Origin: Selaginella moellendorffii
Taxonomy: Eukaryota; Plantae; Lycopodiophyta
NCBI RefSeq assembly: GCF_000143415.4
Contig: NW_003314298.1
Span: 1,019,027 to 1,083,026, forward strand
DNA: 64,000 nucleotides
Reading direction: 5' to 3'
In this document: piece after piece, positions 42,351 to 55,622 of the stretch
How positions within the stretch are numbered: the stretch's first letter is position 1
Layout: every line of letters starts with the position of its first letter
Notes under the pieces: model-generated
Databases searched by the model: none
What the model saw: the letters and a program-made list of their open reading frames with translations, nothing else
Told to the model about the DNA's origin: nothing
Translations under genes and position numbers: made by a program

Positions 42351-42935
42351 TCAAAGAATTTTCTTGAGTGGAACCATGTGAAGCACAGCTACGAACTTCT
42401 TGTACTTTGCTCTGTCAATCAATCAATCATGCGAATCGATCCAAGCGCTTTTTATCATTGTTTTCTTCAGTGTGCTCCAATTCATCTATAACTTTACAAA
42501 AGAAAGAGAGGAAAAGAGAGTAATAAAACAAACGAGCAGCCACTGCACGCTTCTTCTTCTCCTACAACATGAATGAATCAAAAATGGAACCTGGGTGGAT
42601 CAAACTGTCGCGTATCTTCGTCTTCACCATCTTCTCGCTGAGAGAAATCTCTCCACCAAGCTCAGTAGCTGCTCAGCGTAATCGCTCGTCATTGTTCGTA
42701 GTCGTCATCATCGTACAAATCCCTGGCCCTGTCGTCCCCGGCAGCTCTGCGAGCGAAGAAATCCACCATAGAATAGTGTGAGCTATGCCGCAAAACGAAA
42801 TGGCCCGACCGAAAAGAAAGAAAGGAGAAGAAAAGAAAAAAAGAATAGTATGTGCCTCGAATCCAAAATGCTTTCCCGTGCTCTGTACTGTGTGTGGGTG
42901 TGTGTAGTTTTGGCCATGCGCTGCCTGTTCGAAGT

Positions 42936-44480
42936 TTAAGGAGGACCTGCTCGACGATTTCCTGTGCTCCAAATTCTCTCTTCGTCCAGTTCTTTGAGAA
43001 TCTTCTTCATCCAAGTCTTCTTGTCGCTTAAACCTGCTAGATGGACCATGAAGTCCCCCTTGGCATAAACTCCTGGACGAAGAAAGTGTCATGAGAATCT
43101 CGCAATGAAAGAAAAGAGAGAAAGCTCTTACCATGCCAGACCGACTTTGTCCACGAGATCAAGCGATGGCCGTTCTTCCAGGAAGGTCTCCACAAGTTGG
43201 AGTTGAAGAGGCACTGCATAGGCGCTACGCGTACGTGAGTCCTTTTCTCTGCTGCATCCATGCTCCGGATTAAATGCTTCAGGGCGTCGTTGTCGCCGCT
43301 TTTACTGTGGCCGAAGGGCTTAATAAACGACGTCTGGTTCCACCACAGTTCCAGAAACTGTTGACTCCACTCCGAGTTGCGGAAGAAAAACATGCCTGCA
43401 CGGGAAGAAACAGTGAGCTTCAGGACACGGTCTTCGAGAAAAGAGGCAGCGTAAGAACAGTGCAGAAGGTAAAACAATAAAAGGAAAGTGGTGTGATGCT
43501 ACTATCGCGACGAGACATAAAGGAAACAATTTTACCTGCATTGACGCCAGTAACGTCTTCCGTAACGATGAAATCTGGCATGTCTTGAAACTCCACGTCG
43601 CCAACGACCGAATTCACAATATCCTCCTGGTAAGTTACGCAGAAAGGTCAGTTAAGTTTCTTAGCAAGCCAGAAAAAAAAAAAAAGCTAGCGCGTTGTGC
43701 TTGCTTGATCACACTAAAACAAAGACTTGAGTTGCGAGATCATGATGCTTACCAGAGAAATCGTCGGATTAGTCACTAGAGAATCCTGGAAGAAATCCAT
43801 CACCAGCACGGCAGCGAGCACGAAGAAAAAAAAGAAAACATTAATATCAGTAAGACACGAGTCGCGAGAGATAAAGCAAGAATCATTCTCACCGCGTCAT
43901 TCCAGAAGACCCACTCATAGCTCGCCAAGTGCTTGCGTACTGCGAGGATCTTGCTCCAGCTGGGAGGCCGGCTCCTGTCCAGGCAATCGCTCGCATCGAT
44001 GAAGTCATAACCGTGAAGATCCACATACGCCCTCTTGTTTGGCGTCACCAGCTCCATGAGCCCCTCGAACGATCTGTGCGGGACGCTGGAGGAGCCATCG
44101 GAGCACGTCACCATGGCGAACCTATACGTGCGTGAAGAAGGAGGAATCATCGAGGACGAGGAAGCGGCGACGCACTGGCGCCCCAGATCGTTGGCCCTGA
44201 GCAGCAGCACGCCCGATCCATAGATGAAGGCCGAGGAGAGGAGGAAGGCCACGGCGGCGAAGAGCAGCAGCAGGCGCGCAAAATTGAGCGACGAGACGAA
44301 CCAGCTATGCCGGAAATCCGCGTCTTGGAGGAGGAGCCTCTTGGTGTCGGCGTCGGTGTAGCGCGTGCTGGCGCAGTCCTTGAGGACCTTCTTCTGGAAG
44401 AAGATCGTGGATTCCCCCGGGGAGTCGGATTCATTCCCTGTGACATTCCTCCGCTGGGGGCAAATCCCACTCACGCCCAT
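42936..44480 (-). CDS. GT34 family glycosyltransferase (GMA12/MNN10-like), type II membrane protein, multi-exon
   Basis: TM LLLLFAAVAFLLSSAF; NKRAYVDLHGY, RPPSWSKIL, WVFWNDAD (DxD), GVNAGMFFFRNSEWS and GDFMVHLAG. Confidence 0.88.
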
Positions 44481-45394
44481 TCCAGGAAGAGCCCAAAAAG
44501 GCCCAAAATATTTCCACCAGGAAGGGGGGGAGAAATCACTGCCGCGCTGCTGCCCGGCCGCGCAATCGATGCCGCCGCCGCTCCTCCTGTGCAATCTTTG
44601 CCCCGCTAGGAACCATAAATCGCGAAATCGAGCAGGAAATCCCGATGAACAATGCCCCCCGGGAGCTGCGAATGCTAGATCCAATGTGGAAGCGATGGAG
44701 CTGCTTATAGGCGGATAGACGCCAAAAATCACACCTTGGAGACTCCGAGCTATGGCGGAAGCGTCGATCCTGTCGCTGGGATCCCGGAAAACCCTATAGC
44801 CCTAAAGGGGAAATAAGAGAAGGCAAGGAAAATAAAGATGGAAGAAATATTCGTCTGGGCGTGGCCGAATATGCTCCAATACCACGTTGGCACGCTGACG
44901 CGGCATAGCGCCCAACGGTAGGATCCAATTAGGGCGTGACTAGGTCAAGAAAGAACAGGCTCACGACATGGATTTACACGCAGTCTCGTCTATGTTGTAG
45001 GCGAAGACCAAGCAAAAGCTTTGGGAATTTTCAAAGCTTTTAAAAGTTTTACGCAACCATTTCCACGAGGCTAGGAAGAAGAGAAGATTCAACGCGTGTC
45101 TGACAGACACGTGGCCGGTAAATAGTCCGCGCCGTATACGTCAGCGTGTCCACTACGCCGGGCTAACAAAACAAGGAGAAATCTGTATTGTTTGGGGATT
45201 GTTTTGTTTATTAGCGCGCTCATGCATGGTTTCTTTGGATTGCCCGCCAATGAATGTGAGTTGGAGGAAGATGCCAAAGGCATGCTAGGCTGGGACAGCC
45301 AAGAGCATATTCCTGGCATTGTCCACCTGGCGTTTTAGGGCAATTCCGTGGTCTAGGGTTTAAGCCCGGGATTTTAGTGTTCTTGGACAGGGGC

Positions 45395-46658
<1,264 letters not shown>

Positions 46659-46718
46659 TATTTTCTAGACAAAGTTTTGGAATAGTCGGTTAGATTTCAT
46701 TTACGTTAGAGACGACTG

Positions 46719-47372
46719 TTAAGGGACAAAATTTCGTGGGTCTCGAGAAATTCTCTGACTGGTCTCCAATTCTTGGAGAGCTGCTGGAGTGATGGCTGCT
46801 CTACCTTGTTTTACATACAACAATTGTTGTTGAAGAAGACACAATGTAGAGGAGCATGAAATATTTGAACTAGTGATATAGTTGAGTAAGTTAGCATCTA
46901 TTGACAAGTTATGCCGCTCCACAATAGCATCGCTCATGGTTAACTGCCAGACAAAGTCATAGTCAATAAAAGTCAAGGTGTTGAATTCAACTGAGCTACA
47001 AGCCTTGTAGCAAGTGGCTCCATAATCGGGGATAACCATCACTTTGTCAAATGGAGAATGAGCCCCAACAGGCGCTGTGGTGAGTGCTCCATCTTTTCGA
47101 GTCAGTGTTGGATCTGTTTGTTTGTCGCGCTTAAAAGGGGTGAGTATGCAGATCATCCGGGACGTGCTCTTGAGAGATTCCGAGGCTGGCCAGGTTGTGG
47201 GAGTGAGAACACACTTGAGGGCGCTAAACCAAAGTAAGTCTTCTTCATAAGGATGCGAGTCATGACGTTGTTCAACATCATGGATCACATCCTTATGAAG
47301 AAGACTGACATTGGATCCAAGGCCTTGGTTTTCATTGCAGTGGTTGATGAGTTCCTCGAGGTGAGAGCGCAT
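46719..47372 (-). CDS. Hypothetical 217-aa ORF, no recognised domain
   Basis: ATG-initiated uninterrupted ORF converging on COQ5; no family recognised. Confidence 0.35.
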   Translation of the reverse strand: MRSHLEELINHCNENQGLGSNVSLLHKDVIHDVEQRHDSHPYEEDLLWFSALKCVLTPTTWPASESLKSTSRMICILTPFKRDKQTDPTLTRKDGALTTAPVGAHSPFDKVMVIPDYGATCYKACSSVEFNTLTFIDYDFVWQLTMSDAIVERHNLSIDANLLNYITSSNISCSSTLCLLQQQLLYVKQGRAAITPAALQELETSQRISRDPRNFVP

Positions 47373-47554
47373 TCTTGATCACTGACTACTTGAGCTAGCT
47401 CGATTTGGTTGCCCACGGGAAAGGATGCACAGTTTTTTGCAAAAATTTCCTAATTTCGTGGAGATCACAAGGTCTCACATTGAGTTTTGCTCCTGGTATG
47501 TACGGGAACTTCGAGACTTCGTATTTTTCTATGAACTTGTGATTCTTTTGTGAT

Positions 47555-47880
47555 CCTAAGGATCTACCTGTTGCTGGATCTGAACATCACCACAGTGATC
47601 GAGTGGGCTTTGGCTGAACTTCTTCACCACCCAGATTGGATTATCAAAGCTCGTCGTTGGACGCAAACACATGGTCGAAGAGGCATACATGATGTTTTAA
47701 ATGCCATCATTAACTTCCTTATTTTCTTGCTCATCATGACGCATCAATCGACGCCTACAAAGTTGCCCGGCTATGTGAATGCCTATGCAAGACTCAAGTT
47801 TGAGTTTGGAGTGACCATATGGAGTTCTCGCCCCATAGATTCAGACTGCGAGCTGTTTCCATTCCTCCGGGTCTTTGTTT
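47555..47880 (+). pseudogene. Cytochrome P450 fragment
   Basis: TVIEWALAELLHHPDW resembles the post-I-helix segment; the rest is deleted or frameshifted. Confidence 0.55.
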
Positions 47881-47929
47881 TTTCTTGGAAAGTTGGAAAT
47901 AAAAGATTCGAATTAGAAGACCGCCCTCG

Positions 47930-48355
47930 GGTGATTCCGATAAACTCATGCTTTTTCAGGTGGATTTTTCTGTCGCGCTTTTGCTTCTCTCCCGTTTCTT
48001 TGTTCGTTTCGTTGCTGTTGTGACGAGAAATGCTGGTGTATAGGATTCAAGGAAATGAGAAGGCGGGAATGGTCGGTGCGGTTTTCAGCGCCATAGATCT
48101 GATGAGAGTGGACAAGTTTGTTGTAAGATTTTGTTCTACTTTTCACGTTTTCTCGTGTAGATTAGTTTTGGGCATGCAACAATGTTGGTGGTGGATTTTT
48201 CTTGCGTAGACTGGTTTTCTACCTGGATTTGTAGGAGACATTGCGTTTCGCGTCTTAGACGCGATCTATTCCAAGCAACAGCGCAGTCCGCAGGAAAAGG
48301 AAGTGAACGAGAAGAAGTGGTCATCGAAACTCGAGGTTTCGTGTGTGATGCATAA
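47930..48355 (+). pseudogene. Partial duplicate of the COQ5 5' half including introns
   Basis: High similarity to ~45480-46020 (TTTTTCAGGTGGATTTTTCTGTCGCGCTTTTGCTTCT; GTAGGAGACATTGCGTTTCGCGTCTTAGAC) with deletions. Confidence 0.85.
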
Positions 48356-51300
48356 TGCAATATGAGAACTTGGCAATACACTCTGAACCTTTGATCTTTG
48401 GAAGTTCCTTTTTAATTTCCTTTTTAATGGGGAGACAATAATTTTCTTAAGCATTAATTCAGTGCAAGTAGGCCGACAATGACAATGACTCTCGACAGGA
48501 GAGAGAAACACCAAAGCAACACGCCTTTATTTCTTACTAGCACTTGCCCAGTATATGCTGTCCTATTAGCAAAATACTGTTTTGATTATAAAAAATTATA
48601 TTCCACTTTGAAATAAGAATTGAGGGAATTATGTGAACACAAAAATCAATTCTTGTAAACTTAATAATATAAATACTTAGAACAAAATATATTCTTAGGC
48701 AAAAGTAAGAATAAATATTCATTAATACAAATATTAGATACAAATTATTATTTGGAAATATGAATATATTTTAAAAAACCAACCCAGGAAAAAGTAAAAA
48801 TAAAAATTCCATATTAATAATATGTTATATTTAAATTATATTTTTACTTGGGATAAAATTATATTAAGATTTTATTTAAAAAAAGATAATAATTACTACT
48901 CATTTTTATTAGCAAGACATTATTTAATTATGTGGTTTACTTAGAATATAAAACAAAAAGTTTTTAGGAACATTAATATATTACTACCCAGATTTAGTCA
49001 AGAAAATAATTACTAACAAAATCTTTTGTAAATATATTTGTTGTAGAAACTGTAATTCTATAGTATTTTGTACTAATAAACTATATTTACAGTTAGGAAA
49101 AAGATTTTAAAATATTACTGCTTAATCAAATATTGCATACATTATTTTAGTATTCCTGCCACCTATAAGCCCCAAGGTGGCGGGATTGGGAAATGCCCTT
49201 TGTCTTGTGGCTCACTATGCAATTGCTAAATTCGTCCACCACCTTGTTCTTGAAAATGTCTCCATATTTTATTTGAAAGTATTAATGAATCACAACAATC
49301 GATTGATCCAAAAGAAGTTTTACACAAAATCTCGAGACTTACCTGGCACTTGGTCTTGTCAAGTCGATCATTACAAGTTTGCAAGCACAAAGGATCTAGA
49401 ATGCATTGAGCAAGCTCTAATCTAGAGGGAAAAAAAAACACTCATCTTTCTTGAAGGACAAAAGAGAAGAATAAAATTACCAACATTCTTTCAGAAGACA
49501 GGACCATGTCTTGAGAGCATGGGTTGCAAATGTAGGAGTTGTGAGCAAATCATGCCAACAAAAACCATAGTTATATATGTTTTTGTCATGAATGTGACTT
49601 CGGGTATTGAAAGTTACTTGTCGGCCAGTCCTTATAGACACTCTTTCCTTACTGCCATGATGGCAAGAGGTCGATATTGCTAGTTCCCTTTATCAGCCCC
49701 TCTTGTTCAAGTGTTAGTAAACTGGGCTTAGCACCTGTACTTAGCCAAATGGACATAAGGTAAGAACTCCTATGTGTTTCTAGCTAAGCATACTTGATCT
49801 GGCTCTTAGTTCTCTTCTGCTTTGTCTTGCACTAGCTTGACAAAAACCCTTGCATATTGAGATTGGTCCCTTAATGCTCACCGTGTCTGCCAAACACCCT
49901 CACTATCATGCCCTTTGTGTTAGTCTCATTTCGGTTCTAAATGTTATTTATGGAAAGTGTCTAAATTTGCTCATTTGGCATATCTACGGAATGTAGAGAT
50001 TGTTCTGAACATAATGGTGTTCGTCCTGTGTCCAAAATCACAATCTAACACCATTCCATATTTAATAAAATTTGAGCTTGTCCTAGATACTAACTCCTGA
50101 TACTAAAGGAGGCTTAGGGTGAAAGCCCAAAGCGTGTGTTCCTCAAAGGGGGGGCTGTGGGGGGTTCCAAATATATAGTATGGATAGTGGGTATGTCGGG
50201 CATGGCCGACTAACTTGAGGCATAGTCTAGCTCCCGCTTGCGTGCCTATCTTTGTTTTGCATCTGGCTTAGATCTAAGCCCAAGTTCCATTCCATGTTAG
50301 CTAGTGGAGTACTCATATCCTTGCATTAGGCCACCGATATGCGTAAATAGCACCATACTCCATTTGGCTCCGTTTTGCGTGCTAGTCTTGGTATTGGGAT
50401 GTTAGTTGTTCTAGGATTGTTCCAAGTCGCTCCAGGCTCCTGTCCCTTCACTCCTTGGGCTGTATACTCGGGAGTTGCTCCGTGGTTTGATTCTATTGCT
50501 TCTAGGCTTCATGCTTGGGAGTTTGGCACTGTTCCTTCCTTCAGTGGCCCAAGGCTCTGAACCTCGGGTTTCGCAACAGTCCTTTGGACACGTGTCATGT
50601 GACATGTGGCATGTGTCATGTGGCACAAGGAGGGTTAGGTTTTGCTTCGTGGTGTTATCCTATGGTAAATCATTATAGGATAAAGGGTCAAAACCACGTG
50701 TGCTACATTTGGTATCAGAGGATGAGTCTCGGTGAGTACTATCCAATGAGATTGGGCAATTAGTCTCATTGCATATACAGAGTGAAAACGATGATCCGAG
50801 TGGGTATACGTTTGGGTGCAAAGGCTTCGCAATTGTTCCTTGGGTATGGATTTGGTTACCTTGTTGTACCTTATGATGTGAGCTTGCTCTTGGGCTCATA
50901 AGATGGATTGAGGTGTACCATTTTGCATGAGTTTTCGCTTGGGCTCATGAGTGAGGTGCATTAGCAACTCAAGGTTGCATTTTGAGTTGGCAAGACTAAT
51001 GTTTGCCTATTGGTAGTTCCATGAGTTATTCCAATGGTTCCATGAGTTGTTCCTTGTACCATGGGTAAAAGTAAACCTTCCCTGGGTTTGTTATGAGTGG
51101 CAAACAGGCTTGTTCATAGCTGTTTAGCACGGTGCTAGTGGATCCTTCCTAGGTATGATTATAAGTGGATCAATCAAGATTGTAGGGAAGAGTCTATTGA
51201 TTTAAGTAATCATTGCTGTGCTCTCTCATAAATTTTTCTTGGATTGGACTGAAAGTAGTGTGAACGCAAGCTTGAGGTTTAGTCAAAGATGAGGCCAAAA

Positions 51301-54300
51301 AGAGGGTTGTCAGGGACGAAGAATCAAACACGTAAATCATCTTCTCTTCTTGGAGAGATGATCTGCAACGAGGTGTTAACTCATTGTTTGTGTTCACAAT
51401 ATGCAATCAAGAGTCCCTACCTTGATGCATGTTGGAAATGATAGTCTTGCAAATGGTGAGTCATGGGATGGATAGTAATGAAGTGTTATACCATTTTGTC
51501 TAGACTTGCTATTGAAAGACTTAGGTTATAATTCTCAATTCTTTTGCGGGGAACTTTGCTATTGTTTCTTAAATAGCTTGGTGTTGGATTAATGTTGAGT
51601 TTGGTTGGAAAGAGAGTGGCATGAGTTTGTCCATGTTGTGAACAAAAGTTAGTGGTGTTAAGTGTTGTAAATTGCTATCAGTGGGGTGTGGTATTTATGT
51701 TGCATTTTGTTGAATTGAGTTAGCACTTGATAATCACATAAACCTTTGAAATAGTGATATAAGCATTGCTCGTGGTGTTGCTCAATTGATGATCAAGTCA
51801 TTGTGATTATTGTATCATATCCATGTGATAATGAGTAATGTGTTTACGAAGTTACTTAGTCAAATGATGATCAACCCCAAAGTGGTTGATGGTGAAGCTA
51901 GTCTACTTGCACGAAGTAGCATTGTAGTAGCTTTGACTGGATTCTCGATGGTGGTCCATTATGCTAAGCTTGAGTGGTATGTTGTTTCCTTGAGAGTTTG
52001 CCCATAAAATGTTGGGAAAAAGGGTTGTAACATTCATTTGTTATAGCTCATTGATTGATCCGTTAACACTTGGAGTAGATTGTTGGATAGAGAAGGTGTG
52101 TAATTGATGCATTGACATCACTAGCACTTGTGTTAGTGGAAGTGGCATTATTGTTCAAGTGATGAGGGATTTTCCTTAGAGTTTAATTTTCCATATCATT
52201 TTTCGTGTTAGTGTTTTGGCTTCACATTAATCTTGAAGATGGTTGAAGAAGAGTGTTAATGCAATATGGATATCTGAAGATATAGTCTTCATGATCAAGC
52301 CTTGGATGTTCATTTTGCATTTACGGATGTCGGTGTTGAATTTAGAGATATGGGCAAAGATGTTCGATGCTTAAACATACTATGGGTCATGAGAATTTGT
52401 GTTGAAGTGAACCTATGTGAAGTTGTTTGTAGGAGAAAGTTGGTTGAGTTTTGAAACTTTGCAATCCTGGATTGAGAGTCATTCTTTCTCTAGGATGGAA
52501 AATTTTTCCACAATTTTTTTTAGACTTTTCCAATGGCTGATCTGTTGATCACTTTACCCGAAAACCATTATATTTTCGTAAGCCAATACAAACTAATGAA
52601 GGGGTTAAAGTTGACTTTGGTTACTTTAATAGGTAGTTTGTATGATGTGTCATGGAAAAGATGCTAACTTTTAGGCTAAGGCAATTGAGTTGGATAGAGT
52701 CTAGAGTTGGTGTAAAAGAGTGGCCGTTGCACTTTTCTAAAAAGGGTGACCCTTGTACCTTTCTTCTATAGCATTTTGCTTGGTGGTAGGTTGCACTTTG
52801 CATTTCATTAGACTTTATGAGAGTAGTGAGCTCTCACTAATCTTGACTTAGTTTTGGTGGCCCTGTGCTTTGGTTGAGGATAGTGATGTCCAACTTAGTT
52901 GTTTGAGGTTGAAATATTGGTACCGTACTATAGATTGAGGTTGTGTACCAATATGAGTTCATCTCATAGTCTTCACTTTAGTTTCGGCTGAGTGTTAGTC
53001 ATGCATGGTTAGCCTCTTCAAGGCATGCTCAAAGCTGTTGGATAAACGCATTGATGAGCTTATTGCAGTTAAGTTGGATTCGAGTGGTCATTTAGTTTGT
53101 GATTGTCCATAAACCTTTATCTCATACTTGGGGTATTACATTCATGTTGGAGAAGTATATGACTTGATGGCATGAGTTTAGTGTTGGGTCTGGTGAAGGC
53201 AAGTTGAAGAGTGATTGTTAGCTACTTTGCGACTAGTGATTACTTGCAAACTTAGTCAAGAACTATTGACACTTGCTTCACTCAATGATGATTTAGCAAT
53301 GATGGGTTTGCTTTGCCAGATAGTGTTGCAAAGGATTGTGTCATTAAACTTACATGGGTTTTCCATGTTGGCATGTCAACTTTACCTTTGTCAATATCAT
53401 TTGGTTGCGTTTAGTTTGTAGTGTTAGATTTCATTGAGTCTTGGATGTGGTGATTCACTCATAAGGAAGTGTTATCTGTAACTAAGTTTTGCTGAAGGAT
53501 TAGTTTCAGATACTGAGTATAATATCTTTGACTTTGGTTAGCTTGGTTGCTAGAGAGTTTTGAGTGGTGATTCACTCTTGCTTTTTTTTAGATTTGTTAT
53601 GGTGTTGATGGCATTGAAGTGATGCTTTGTCGTTGACATTATTGATGTTGAGATTTGAGTGAAATGAGATGTCTCTTCGAAATATTGATATTGAGTTTCA
53701 TTAGTTTTGATGAAGATAGTGTTGATGGTTTGGCTATGGCTTTGTGTTATTGGCATTCGTGCATTTGCTAATTAGTAACTAATATATTGACGTTCAAATG
53801 AACTGAGTGACAAATTGAGTTAGTTGTGTTCTAGATTAGGTTATTTAGTAGGGGTCTGTAAGCCACAAATTTTTCCTTTCAATTTGCCAGCTACCTCGTC
53901 TATCCGACCAACACTGCCTTGGTTTGTGCTAAGTTCCCTCGGCAAGGTTCTCGCCTATTGTACCAGCTTCTACTTGGTCCTACTTGGTTTCAGCTACTCA
54001 CTGCACGAGCAATGGAGCGTTAGCCTTCCATCCACGGATTCCCAAATCTCTCCCAATCCCCCTCCCCGGGTTAGACTGGACTTAAGGTTCGGCTACACTC
54101 CCCACAGGCACAAGCAGCCAAGCACACCAAGCCTCCAAGTTTTTAACACCCCTTGGTACAACAAGACTTGATCATGGGACCCTCTAAATCCCAAGCCTTG
54201 GGTGCAACACTTGCTTCGGGATATCGAGGTGAAACACCGTGGCCTAACGGCCCGATATGGGTACCTCTACCCCCCCACTTCCATCCTGAAGGGAAGGCCC

Positions 54301-54669
54301 AAGCCCCTAGGAAGGGCGAGGACCATGAGCCACGAGGTACTCAAGTGGGGCACCACTCCACATGAGCCGGGAGCACCGCAGTTGGTTTCCCTTTTGGGAG
54401 TGGGAGCTGCTCTTGAGCACTTCTCTGGGTGGCCCCTTTGGCACCACCCAAGCCCATGCTCACTCCCACCCAAGGCCCCTCAGCCCCAGTCTCAACCTCA
54501 AGTCAGTTTGGAAGCACCACTGGAGAGTTCCTTCAAGACTGGTTCCTGGACCTCACTATCCCTACTATACTTTTGGAACCCCCTGCAACCCCCTCCCCCC
54601 CCCCCCCCCCTGGGAGACACACGCTTTGGGCTTTCACCCCTTGACCCGTATTAGTATTTGGACTTAGTC

Positions 54670-54905
54670 TCAAATTCGATCTCGGACCCGACTTCGGATT
54701 CGGTCTTGGACTCGATCTCGCACTCAATCTCGGACCCGATCTCGGACTAGACCTCGGACTCGGTCTCGGACCCGATTTGGATCTCGAACTCGGTCTTGAA
54801 CTCATTCTTGATCTCAGTCTCCGATTTGGCCTCTACTCGATCCCAGACTCTATCTCGAACTCGGTCTCAGAGTTGGTCTTGGACTCGATCTTCGACTCGG
54901 TCCCA
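54670..54905. repeat. LTR-internal CG-rich minisatellite (6/12-bp units CTCGGA/CTCGAT); second copy ~61230-61445
   Basis: Repeated CTCGGACTCGATCTCG-type units in both gypsy LTRs. Confidence 0.85.
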
Positions 54906-55043
54906 TCCGATGAACTCTTTGTCATTTTGGTCAAGCTTTCGGGGATCCTTTAGCCTACGACATCTTGGGGAGTTGGTTCCTTACAACTCCACCACCCATA
55001 GAAGAAGTTCGATGCCCACATCGAACGTCTCTTTTCATCCTAC

Positions 55044-55236
55044 TGTAAGCAACCAAAGGGAACGACTTGAGAGACGATCCATGGGGTTCACATATAGAGG
55101 GAAAGGGCCCATGAATAAGAGTGCACCCCCTTTTCCAATCGGTTAAGGGTCTTGGGATAGTTGGAGTTAAGCGTCCTTGGGTTTGAGTAGTACTGGGATG
55201 GGTGACCTCTGGGAAATCCAAACTCAGGAGCTTACA
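55044..55236 (+). mobile_element. Cassandra-like solo LTR (193 bp) containing a 5S rRNA-derived segment
   Basis: Termini TGTAAGC...GCTTACA (7-bp perfect IR); 5-bp TSD CCTAC (55039-55043, 55237-55241); 5S-like A-box/IE/C-box segment at 55165-55219. Confidence 0.88.
55165..55219 (+). promoter_or_regulatory. 5S rRNA-derived type-1 Pol III internal promoter (A box, IE, C box)
   Basis: AGTTAAGCGTCCTTGGGTTTGAGTAGTACTGGGATGGGTGACCTCTGGGAAATCC aligns to the 3' half of plant 5S rRNA (AGTTAAGCGTGCTTGGGCGAGAGTAGTACTAGGATGGGTGACCTCCTGGGAAGTCC, from memory). Confidence 0.88.
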
Positions 55237-55622
55237 CCTACGTCTTGTTGACCATGTCTCCGGGGGCATCCCCCCACTTAGCGGTGTGCTTAAGTTAGCC
55301 TCCCTGGCCAAGAGCCCATGACAATGGAATATAGGTGTCCCTATACCCCTCACCTCACCACGCCCTAGTATGGGGTAGGGACTTGAACCCAGCCTTGCTT
55401 TACTAGGGGGTTGGGACTTGAACCCAACCTCCATAGAATACGTCTACGGATTCGACATCCTCGCGGGGAGTCGGGTGTAATGCCCTACGCCTGGTCGACC
55501 TAGCAAACCCATGCTAATTAGCTTACCTTCGGCACGCCTTCGAGTCCCAACATATGCCACTTGCTCAACTTTGCAAATTGATATTTTTAATTGAACTTTG
55601 CATAAGTACATAGAGTTCTGCC

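Noticed and set aside
48530-49170. AT-rich MITE candidate
   Set aside because: Only weak inverted similarity; no convincing TIR or TSD.
50095-50135. Possible hammerhead ribozyme (retrozyme) in the outer LTR: CTGATAC...GAAA
   Set aside because: The core needs CUGANGA; here it is CTGATAC, the 3' LTR copy reads TTGATAC, and the stems cannot be built.
54670-54905. CRISPR-like array or S/R/P-rich ORFs
   Set aside because: Short degenerate tandem units without unique spacers, inside LTRs of a eukaryotic element; the ORFs are by-products.
55165-55219. Functional 5S rRNA gene
   Set aside because: Only the internal-promoter half is present, embedded in an LTR with a TSD; the 5' half and proper 3' end are missing.
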